The notes under the pieces were generated by a model. The model saw only the letters and a program-made list of their open reading frames with translations. It had not been told where the DNA came from and searched no databases. A program made the translations under genes and the position numbers. A DNA stretch of 64,000 nt from Myxococcota bacterium. Lineage in GTDB: Bacteria > Myxococcota_A > UBA9160 > UBA6930. Below, piece by piece: positions 56,581 through 64,000 of this stretch; position 1 is the stretch's first letter, and each line of letters starts with the position of its first letter. The stretch covers positions 2,144,001 through 2,208,000 of the forward strand of contig OZ245015.1 in the NCBI GenBank assembly GCA_965223705.1, written 5' to 3'.

Positions 56581-58785
56581 TCAGCCCCCTTCGCCGCCCG
56601 CTTCCGCGAGAGCCTTGCGGCGATCTTCCGAGGCCCGCGACACGATGAACGCATGGATCAGGTCGGTGTCTCCTTCGGAGAGCACGTCGGAGAAGCTCGC
56701 CATCCCCTTCGCCGCCAAGGCGCCGCCCCGGACGATCTCCTGGAAGGCGCCGTGTGACGCTTCGCTCATGAGGCGCAGATCCGCGACGACACCGCCGGCG
56801 CGGACATCCAACCCGTGACACCACACGCAGTAGCGTCCGTAGAGGTCCTTGCCGAGCTCGAGCTCCTCGGCCGACGCCGTGATCTCCGGTTGTTCGGGAA
56901 TCGATCGGTCGACCGCGGAAGGCGTCGGGAGCTTTGTCGTGCCATCGAGGGCGAAGGTCAGGAGCTTGCCGAAGTTGCCGAACTGCTTCGCCGCGGTTTC
57001 CGCAGCCGGTTCGCCCGCGGCGAGATCCCCGCCGCCGGTGCCGGTCAGGATCGACACGTACTGAACGTCGCCGATCTGATAGGTCACCGGCGGCGCGAGG
57101 ATCGAGGTGTAGGTGTTGAACTTCCAGAGCACGTCCCCGGTCTCTCCGTCGTAGGCGGTCAGGAACCCCAGCGCATCGCCCTGGAACACCAGGTCGCCCG
57201 CCGTCGAGAGCACCCCGCCGTTCCAGTAATGGGGGTGCTCGACGACCCACTTGGATTCGCCGGTGAGCGGATCGAACGCCTTCAGGTAACCCTTGGCCGC
57301 GGGCCCGCCGGGATGCTCGTCGATCAGATCCGTCAAGTTGGAAAACTGGATCCCGAGGTTCCAGCCCTTGGGTTCCCGCTTGAAGAGCCCCGTCTTCGTG
57401 TACTGCTCTTCCATGGCGTAGAGCAGCGGCGCGTCCTGTGCCGGGATGAAGACCACGCCGCGCTTCGGGTCGAAGGACATCGCTTGCCAGTTGTGCGCGC
57501 CGAGCGGGCCGGGAAGGATCCACTTCGGATGTTCGTCGTAGGTCGCGTCGGTGTTCTCCACCGGGCGTCCCGTCGTGAGATCGACGTGCGTCGCCCAGGT
57601 GACGGTGGCGAAGGGGTGGGCACGAAGAAGCTTCCCGTCCGTGCGGTCGATCACGTAGAAGAAGCCGTTCTTCGGCGCCTGCATCAGCACCTTGCGTCGC
57701 TTCCCGTCGACTTCCATCTCGGCGAGCATGATGTCCTGCACCGCCGTGTAGTCCCAGTTGTCTCCGGGCGTCGTCTGGTAGTACCAGTTCATCTTCCCGG
57801 TGTCGGCGTCGAGAGCGACGATCGAGGAGAGAAAGAGGTTGTCGCCCCCGCCCGGCGATCGGATCACGCGCGTCCAAGGCGATCCGTTGCCCACACCGAT
57901 GTAGACCTGGTCGAACTCGGGGTCGTACACGATGGAGTTCCAGACCGTGCCGCCACCCCCGACCTCCCACCAGTTGCCGCCTTTCCAGGTCTTCGCCGCG
58001 AGCTCCATCTCGGGGTGTTCGAATGGGAGCGCGGGGTTGCCCGGCACCGTGAAGAAGCGCCACACCTGCTCGCCCGTCTCGGCGTCATAGGCGGTGACGT
58101 AGCCCCGCACACCGAACTCGGCGCCGCCGTTGCCAATAAAGACTTTGCCGCCGGCGACACGCGGCGCGCCCGTGATCGTGTAGAAGCGCTCGCGATCGAT
58201 GATCGTGTCGACTTCCCAGACCTTCGCGCCGTCGGATGCGTCGAGCGCGATGAGCCTCCCGTCGAGGCTCGCGACATAGACGCGGCCCTTGTAGACCGCC
58301 ACGCCGCGGTTCACGACGTCGCAACACGCGCGACGGCCCCACTCGCCGGGCACCTCCGGGTTGTACGTCCAGCGAACCTCTCCCGAAGTCGCGTCGATGG
58401 CGTGGACCACGCTCCACGTGCTCGTCAGGAAGAGCGTGTCGTCGACGACGATCGGCGTCGACTCCAGCGCGCGGTTCGTCCCCATGTCGCGGTACCAGAC
58501 GAGGCCCAGCCGATCGACCGTGTCGCGGTTGATCTGCTGAAGCGGCGAGTGCCGCTGCTCTTCGTAGGTGCGGCCGTGCGCCAGCCAGTTGCCCGGCTCC
58601 GCGCCGGCGTTGTTGATGCGTGCGTCGTCGATCAGGCCGATTCGAGCCGGCTCCGGCGCCTCGTCTTTTGATGCTGCGGGAACGTCGCCATTCGCGAGAG
58701 GCTCCGAGGGGAGCGGCCGCTCCTTCGCCGAGTACAAGACCACACCGATCACGAGTGCGAGTCCAACGAGCCAGACCCAGCGCAT
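56581..58785 (-). CDS. PQQ-dependent quinohemoprotein alcohol dehydrogenase (type II, with cytochrome c)
   Basis: ACCDVVNRG, GNGGAE, WDYTA, KNGFFY, GAHNWQ, CVWCHG heme motif. Confidence 0.93.
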   Translation of the reverse strand: MRWVWLVGLALVIGVVLYSAKERPLPSEPLANGDVPAASKDEAPEPARIGLIDDARINNAGAEPGNWLAHGRTYEEQRHSPLQQINRDTVDRLGLVWYRDMGTNRALESTPIVVDDTLFLTSTWSVVHAIDATSGEVRWTYNPEVPGEWGRRACCDVVNRGVAVYKGRVYVASLDGRLIALDASDGAKVWEVDTIIDRERFYTITGAPRVAGGKVFIGNGGAEFGVRGYVTAYDAETGEQVWRFFTVPGNPALPFEHPEMELAAKTWKGGNWWEVGGGGTVWNSIVYDPEFDQVYIGVGNGSPWTRVIRSPGGGDNLFLSSIVALDADTGKMNWYYQTTPGDNWDYTAVQDIMLAEMEVDGKRRKVLMQAPKNGFFYVIDRTDGKLLRAHPFATVTWATHVDLTTGRPVENTDATYDEHPKWILPGPLGAHNWQAMSFDPKRGVVFIPAQDAPLLYAMEEQYTKTGLFKREPKGWNLGIQFSNLTDLIDEHPGGPAAKGYLKAFDPLTGESKWVVEHPHYWNGGVLSTAGDLVFQGDALGFLTAYDGETGDVLWKFNTYTSILAPPVTYQIGDVQYVSILTGTGGGDLAAGEPAAETAAKQFGNFGKLLTFALDGTTKLPTPSAVDRSIPEQPEITASAEELELGKDLYGRYCVWCHGLDVRAGGVVADLRLMSEASHGAFQEIVRGGALAAKGMASFSDVLSEGDTDLIHAFIVSRASEDRRKALAEAGGEGG

Positions 58786-59022
58786 GATATCTCCCTACAC
58801 CGGTGCAAGGCGGGACATTGCGCCGCCTCCCCGGCTTCTCACCCCTTCCGTTTCGAGTCTACACCCGCGCGTCGCTCGCCTTCGCGAGTGCCCGGTCGAG
58901 ACTCGGGCGTCGCCCACGTGCGACACGATCTCTCGAAATCACTTGAGAGGTCGCTCAAAACTTCCTGAAACGTTGGGAGGTGTGCGAAGAACATTCCCGT
59001 CGGGTAACTTCCGAGACTCTGC

Positions 59023-59072
<50 letters not shown>

Positions 59073-59099
<27 letters not shown>

Positions 59100-59133
59100 C
59101 TTTAAGCGCCCGGAATCTTTAAGGTTCCGGGCG
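59073..59133 (+). repeat. Direct repeat copy 1 (attL-like): tRNA 3' end plus hairpin
   Basis: 58 of 61 nt identical to 60067-60127. Confidence 0.92.
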
Positions 59134-59330
59134 TTCCTCGTTTCGGGGCGAGAAGGCCCGTCGGGTTACTTTCGGGTGGCTTGGCTTCGGGTAGGCCGCC
59201 AAGGTTAGCCCCTAGGGTTGGCGGTGTTCTTCGTAAGCGACCAGGCACTTCGTCTCGTGACACACGCCCGAGCGAACCACGGTTTCGAGATGACGGCTGT
59301 CAGCTAGCTTCCCGAATCGGGGGGAGCCGC

Positions 59331-59684
59331 GTGCGACTCATTCTATTCGCTGCGCTGACGCTTCTAGCGTCAGCAGGATGTACAACTCGTGTGGCCGACC
59401 TGACGATGGCTTCCACGCGAATCACCAACTTAGACAAGGTTGATCTCGATCAACTCCCTGCGCGGAGAAACGTCGAGGGGCGGGACATCAAGTTCGTGTT
59501 CCTTCTGATCCCCATGGGCATTCCGACTCTTGAGGGTGCGGTGGACGACGCCCTACAGAAAGGTGGCGGCGATGTGATGACCGATGTGGTTGTCAGTCAG
59601 TACGGATGGTGGTTTCTCGTCGGAGAGACCGGGTTCGTGGTCAAAGGCGATGTCATCAACACCCGCGGACTGGAGTCAAAATGA
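59331..59684 (+). CDS. Small lipoprotein, paralog A
   Basis: GGAG SD, SAGC lipobox; VEGRD..FLLIP..LEGAVDDAL..GDVMTDVVV..VKGDV. Confidence 0.8.
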   Translation: MRLILFAALTLLASAGCTTRVADLTMASTRITNLDKVDLDQLPARRNVEGRDIKFVFLLIPMGIPTLEGAVDDALQKGGGDVMTDVVVSQYGWWFLVGETGFVVKGDVINTRGLESK

Positions 59685-60052
59685 GGTTCTCTTGCCGATC
59701 GGTAGCGACGGCTCTCGTGGCGGCAGTGGTCTTGTTGGCCCCCGCCGGTTGTGTTGTGCGCCAAGGCGATTTCACCGTTCTTTCCACCAAGCTGATTCGT
59801 ACGTCCAACTTCGACCTCTCGGGCGCGGATCGGGTCAGAGGCGTCCAGGGCGAAGATATGGCCCACATCATCTTCATCATTCCGACGAAGCAAAACCCGA
59901 ACATCGAAGATGCGATCGACAACGCTCTGGAAAAGGAAAACGGGGACGTTATGACGGATGTCGTTGTCGAGTCGTACAGCTGGTACATCCCCTACATTTA
60001 CGGACGCGCCGGTTGGCGGGTCCAAGGTGACGTTGTGCGAACGAGGAAGTGA
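59681..60052 (+). CDS. Small lipoprotein, paralog B
   Basis: ATGA coupling, PAGC lipobox; VQGED..IFIIP..IEDAIDNAL..GDVMTDVVV..VQGDV. Confidence 0.8.
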   Translation: MRFSCRSVATALVAAVVLLAPAGCVVRQGDFTVLSTKLIRTSNFDLSGADRVRGVQGEDMAHIIFIIPTKQNPNIEDAIDNALEKENGDVMTDVVVESYSWYIPYIYGRAGWRVQGDVVRTRK

Positions 60053-60066
60053 CCGAGTTGCGGCGT

Positions 60067-60127
60067 GGGGTTCGAATCCCTCCCCCGCTTCCAATTCAAG
60101 CGCCCGGAATCTTTAAGGTTCCGGGCG
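60067..60127 (+). repeat. Direct repeat copy 2 (attR-like): displaced tRNA 3' fragment plus terminator-like hairpin
   Basis: GGGGTTCGAATCCCTCCCCCGCTTCCA then GCGCCCGGAA..TTCCGGGCGC-TTTT. Confidence 0.92.
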
Positions 60128-60299
60128 CTTTTCGCTTCTGTCACCGAACGGTGTCGGTCCATTTTCGGTCCAATTCGTACTCGCCCTCGGCTTCACGGAA
60201 GCATTGTACTGCGCCGAAACTGTATGGTGAGGTGGAGGCCGCATCGCCCTCGGTGCATCGTGAGAGAATCGTCCCCCAACCGGCAGGAGGATTGCGGAC

Positions 60300-60371
60300 A
60301 TGGACATCATGGAACTCGGGGCGATTGGGGAGCTAGTCGGCGGCGTCGCGGTGATCGGATGGGCGCGATGA
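60300..60371 (+). pseudogene. Truncated gene remnant (MDIMELGAIGELVGGVAVIG...)
   Basis: AGGAGG SD and a membrane-protein-like N-terminus that stops after 23 codons. Confidence 0.5.
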
Positions 60372-60504
60372 CCGAGCCAGGAGCTTCGGAGCTCGGGGCC
60401 GGTTCTCCGGTGAGTCACGCGAGCGCCACCCACGCGGTACTCGAGGCTTGCCAATCACCGCTCGACGACGAGCACGCACGACGTCGGTCTGTCGTGTCAG
60501 TGGC

Positions 60505-61075
60505 GTGACGACTCCGCGCGTTACCGTCGTGATCCCGACGTACAACCGCGCGCGCTACCTGGGCGAGGCGATCGAGAGCGTTCTGGCCCAGAGCTACCGC
60601 GATCTCGAAGTCGTCGTCGCGGATGACGGCTCGGAGGACGGCACACGAGACGTCGTCGCACGCTTCGACGACCCGAGGGTCCGCTACCTGTCCCTCGCGC
60701 ATCGCGGGATCTCTGCGGCGCTGAACGAAGGACTCGCGATCGCGCGCGGTGAGCTCTTCGCTCGCGTCGACTCCGACGACGTCTGGAAGCCCGATCTGCT
60801 CGAGACATTGGTGCCGGTTCTCGCGGAGGAGCCCGTAGGCTTCGCATACGGGCAGGGTCGCGCAATGCGGGCGGACGGAACGCCGCTTGACCACCTCCTG
60901 GGTCTACCGCCTCGTTGGTCCAGCTCTGACGACCCTCGCACGCAACGCGGCGTTCATCTTCGCGCAGCAGGTCCTCCGGAGGTATCCCCTTACGGCGGCG
61001 CCGGTCGAACGCTTCGCCGCCTACCGCCGCCGCAAACGACGCCCTCGTCCCGGACACGGTCAATGGCGTCACTAG
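60505..61075 (+). pseudogene. GT2 glycosyltransferase remnant with probable internal deletion
   Basis: VVIPTYNR, DDGS, VDSDD intact, similarity lost at about 60920; plausible C-terminus continues in another frame. Confidence 0.7.
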
Positions 61076-61141
61076 CACCGTACGGCGGTGTATCGTCGAG
61101 ATCACCGGCTTCCGGGTGCGTCTGCTCCCGAGAGAACCGGA

Positions 61142-62478
61142 TTACTTGCCCGACTTGAGGCGCGTCGCGTCGAAGTACCGCAGCGTCTCGTCGGGCCCGC
61201 TGGTCTCGATGTGCGCGGTCCACATCTGTGTCAGGTTGGTCGTTCCTTCGGCGAAATTCACGACCATGAACGCGATCGGGAGGAGCACTCTGTGCCCCGC
61301 GTTTCCGGGTACGTCGCTCGTTTCGCTCCAGTCGAGCTGAAACCAGCCAATCCGGTTCGGCTCTCCGGTGCGGTCGTACGCCAGGAAGACCAGCGGGGCG
61401 TACGTCTCTTTGTCGTACCAGAGCACCTTTTTCGAGTAGCGGTGGTTCTTGTTGCGGGGGACCTGTTCCAGACGCAGAACCGTGCGCTTCTGCCAACGTT
61501 CGTCGACGAGCGGTAGGGTCCCGTAGGGGCCGAAGCGGCAGGCTTCGAAATGATCTCGCGTGCCGGGGACAGCGACCGCTCGATCCCGCCAGCCCGGCAC
61601 GTTCTTCGGGAAGCAGACGCGCTCGGAATCGAGGGCTGCGAGCATGGGCCGCTCCGCACCCGCTACCCACTCCTGATCCCAGATGTAGCCCGAGAAGAGC
61701 AAGAAATCTTCGTAGGTCATCTCCGAACCCAACACGCTGTCCGATTTCTGGTTGGTGGAGAGCCGGCGCGGCCGACGTTGCTGCGGCACATAGGCCCAGG
61801 CATCGTCACGGCGTTCGTGGGAGTTGTTGTAGCGGAAGATCAGCGAGCGTTGGCCGCGCACATCAAACGGCGTGAGGGTATCGGTGAACTCGGCCCACAA
61901 GACGTCGGTGTCGGGGGCGATCCGCGTCGAGTCCGGCAGCAAGTCGGCGCGGTGGCTGAAGTAGGTCCGGCGATAGATTCCCTGGGCCAACTTCCACGTA
62001 TCCTGACCATCGCTGCGTGCGAAGCTCTGCCCCCAGTGCTGGACGAGTCCCCCGCCGCCGAACCAGCGCCGGTTCACGTTCCAGGCGAGCTTCAACGCAA
62101 ATTGAGGGTCCTCGCGTGTGAGGTCGCAGGCGTGTCCTGTGGCCTCCTGACTCCAGGCGGAGTAGGGAAAGGGCTCTCCCGCGACATGGCCTACGAGCTG
62201 ACCGTTCTCGTCGAGTGAGGCCTGACACGCATAGCGAGCGGTTGCTTCCACGAACTTCTCGTGGGGTCGATAGTCCTCGGTGGGCACGATCTCGAGATGC
62301 GCTCCACGAACGGTTCGACGACGAGGTCCCAGAGTTCGTCCGGAAAAAGACCGCGAACGGTCCCGCGGTTTGCGTGGGAAACGATCTCCCCTGGCCTCGG
62401 TTCGGTGCGCGCGATGTGTGCGGCGAGCAGAACGAGCGAGACGAGCGCCCACCCGAAGGTAAAGATTCGCAGGGTCAT
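61142..62478 (-). pseudogene. DUF1329-like secreted protein, frameshifted at about 62300
   Basis: Signal peptide and PGEIV..LFPDEL in one frame; LEIVPTEDYRP..WAYVPQQRRPRRLS..SKKVLWYDKE in the other. Confidence 0.75.
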
Positions 62479-62654
62479 CCGATGACGGTAGGGTGGCTGC
62501 GAGAAGAGCGCGAGAAGACGCCCTTCCGCCCCGTCTGCGGCTACCCGCGCGAAGTGGGCGGGCCGCCGCGCAACGATCTACCGAAGCCATGACGTGCTTC
62601 CTCTTCGGGAGCTCACCTGCTGATGGACGCGCCGCCGCGGTGCGGTCGGCAGAG

Positions 62655-63098
62655 TTAATCGAAGTCGATCAATTCCAGGACGGTCCCGTCCGGATCGCGA
62701 AAACAGCACCAGCGCGCTCCTTCCATGGCCACGGGATCGGAGATGAACTCGATCCCCAGAGCCTTCAGGCGCTCGTATTCGGCGTCGATATCTTTCGTCC
62801 ACAGGGCGATCCGCACGGCGCCCACGTGAGCGAGATCCGCGGGCGTCTCGCCGTGAGTCTTCGGCTTCTTCCATTCGATCAAGTCGATACGTGCACCGCG
62901 GGCATGCTGGGGATCGAGCATCATGATCGCAGCCTGTGCCTTGATTCCCTCCGGCAGGCCCAAACCGCGTGCCATCTCTGCCGACCCCCCTTCGGGTATC
63001 GCCAGGACCACGGAGAAGCCCAAGCTCTCGTAAAACGCTTGAGAGCGAGCGAGGCTTCGGCAGTTCACGTTGATATGAAAGATCCCCTTGATCGCCAT
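62655..63098 (-). CDS. VOC/glyoxalase family protein
   Basis: FHININ-like FHINVNC..SQAFYESLGF, RIAL, FRDPDGTVLEL. Confidence 0.9.
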   Translation of the reverse strand: MAIKGIFHINVNCRSLARSQAFYESLGFSVVLAIPEGGSAEMARGLGLPEGIKAQAAIMMLDPQHARGARIDLIEWKKPKTHGETPADLAHVGAVRIALWTKDIDAEYERLKALGIEFISDPVAMEGARWCCFRDPDGTVLELIDFD

Positions 63099-63217
63099 AC
63101 GAGAATTTCCTCTCCTAAGGTTCGGCCCCTACTGAAGCTCCGGGTAGCGCGGCTCCCAGTCCGGCAACGCCCAGCAGAGCATTGGCTCCCTGCAAATCAT
63201 CGCCCATGTTGCTGTGG

Positions 63218-63245
63218 GGTAGGAAAGCGAAGGTAGGAAAGCGAA
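63218..63245 (+). repeat. Perfect 14-bp tandem repeat
   Basis: GGTAGGAAAGCGAA twice, intergenic. Confidence 0.85.
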
Positions 63246-63541
63246 AGGCGGCCCGGGTACATGACATCTCCGGAAAACGAATAGCCCCGCTCCGCGTCCA
63301 GCAGCGAGACCGAGTCGTCCGTGTGGCCCGGTGAAAAAGATCACCCGCAAGCACGGCTCCTCGACAGGGGAAACGTCGTGGTGACGCGGGAACGAGCGCG
63401 AGTAGGCGTTCCTCCCCGCTTCTCCCGACCGACTCCCCGACCCGGCGGCGTTTCCGCCAGGCGACGCGCGAGATCTCAAGGTTGGCAAGTCCATCCAGAG
63501 CTGTGACCTTCGGGACGTGATGTCTGCGGAGGACGGTGCCG

Positions 63542-64000
63542 ATGCCTGACAACGAAGCACCTCTGAGCTGGTTGTCTCCCAAGACGACCATCCGTTCGAG
63601 CACCATTCAGGGAAAAGGGCTGTTCGCGACTTCGCCGATCAGCACGGGTGAGATCGTCTGTATCAAGGGCGGCTATATCTTGACCAAGAAAAGCTGGGAT
63701 GCGCTGGAGCCGAGGCTGGGCTCGTGCGAGATCCAGGTCGGCTCCGATTTCTTCATCGCGCCAACGAGCCAGGCGCAACGCGAAGGCAGCATGATCTACA
63801 GCAATCACTCCTGCGAGCCGAACATCGCGCCGCAGGGGCAGATCGTCTTCGTGGCGATACGCGACGTCGCGGCTGGTGAGGAACTCTGCCACGACTGGGC
63901 GACGACGGACGACTTGGACTACGAGATGTCGTGCAACTGCGGCGCCGCCGAGTGCCGCGGCACCATCACCGGACAGGATTGGCGATTGCCAGACCTGCAG
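63542..64000 (+). CDS. SET-domain protein-lysine methyltransferase with post-SET motif, 3' truncated by window (absent from the ORF track)
   Basis: Hand translation: QGKGLFA, YSNHSCEPN, GEELCHDW, CNCGAAECRG; GGAGG SD. Confidence 0.9.
   Translation, partial: MPDNEAPLSWLSPKTTIRSSTIQGKGLFATSPISTGEIVCIKGGYILTKKSWDALEPRLGSCEIQVGSDFFIAPTSQAQREGSMIYSNHSCEPNIAPQGQIVFVAIRDVAAGEELCHDWATTDDLDYEMSCNCGAAECRGTITGQDWRLPDLQ

Noticed and set aside
57730..57770. Possible lanthanide-dependent PQQ dehydrogenase
   Set aside because: The motif is WDYTA, lacking the extra Asp (D-x-D) associated with lanthanide binding.
56534..58063. Apparent 826-aa PEP-CTERM protein
   Set aside because: The N-terminal 510 aa is an alternate frame inside the PQQ dehydrogenase; SD and signal peptide place the start at 56533.
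60067..60093. Second tRNA gene
   Set aside because: Only the T-arm and acceptor 3' strand are present; no D or anticodon arm.

Overview
High-GC bacterial chromosomal window. The gene content (REC-PilZ, FHA, FYDLN, PEP-CTERM system) suggests a Myxococcota/delta-proteobacterial lineage; this is inference only. About 0.4-27.6 kb is a Wzy-type exopolysaccharide/PEP-CTERM locus: EpsI, exosortase-like protein, GT2/GT4s, Wzy-like, Wzc, Wza, priming GT, deacetylases, AsnB, carbamoyltransferase, FemAB-like. Several members appear to have lost catalytic motifs (exosortase, sulfatase-fold protein, second ArnC-like GT2). Housekeeping genes follow (frameshifted pgi, mutL-miaA-der-yfgM-like, queA-tgt), interrupted near 39.7 kb by a XerCD dif-like site flanked by accessory surface-protein genes, including a 73-aa PEP-CTERM microprotein and a histone H1-like/FYDLN fusion. 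At 59 kb an initiator tRNA-Met anchors a 994-bp integrase-less cassette of two paralogous lipoproteins bounded by 61-bp direct repeats, followed by a decaying region and a SET-domain gene running off the window end. All calls come from reading motifs by eye; no database searches were run.
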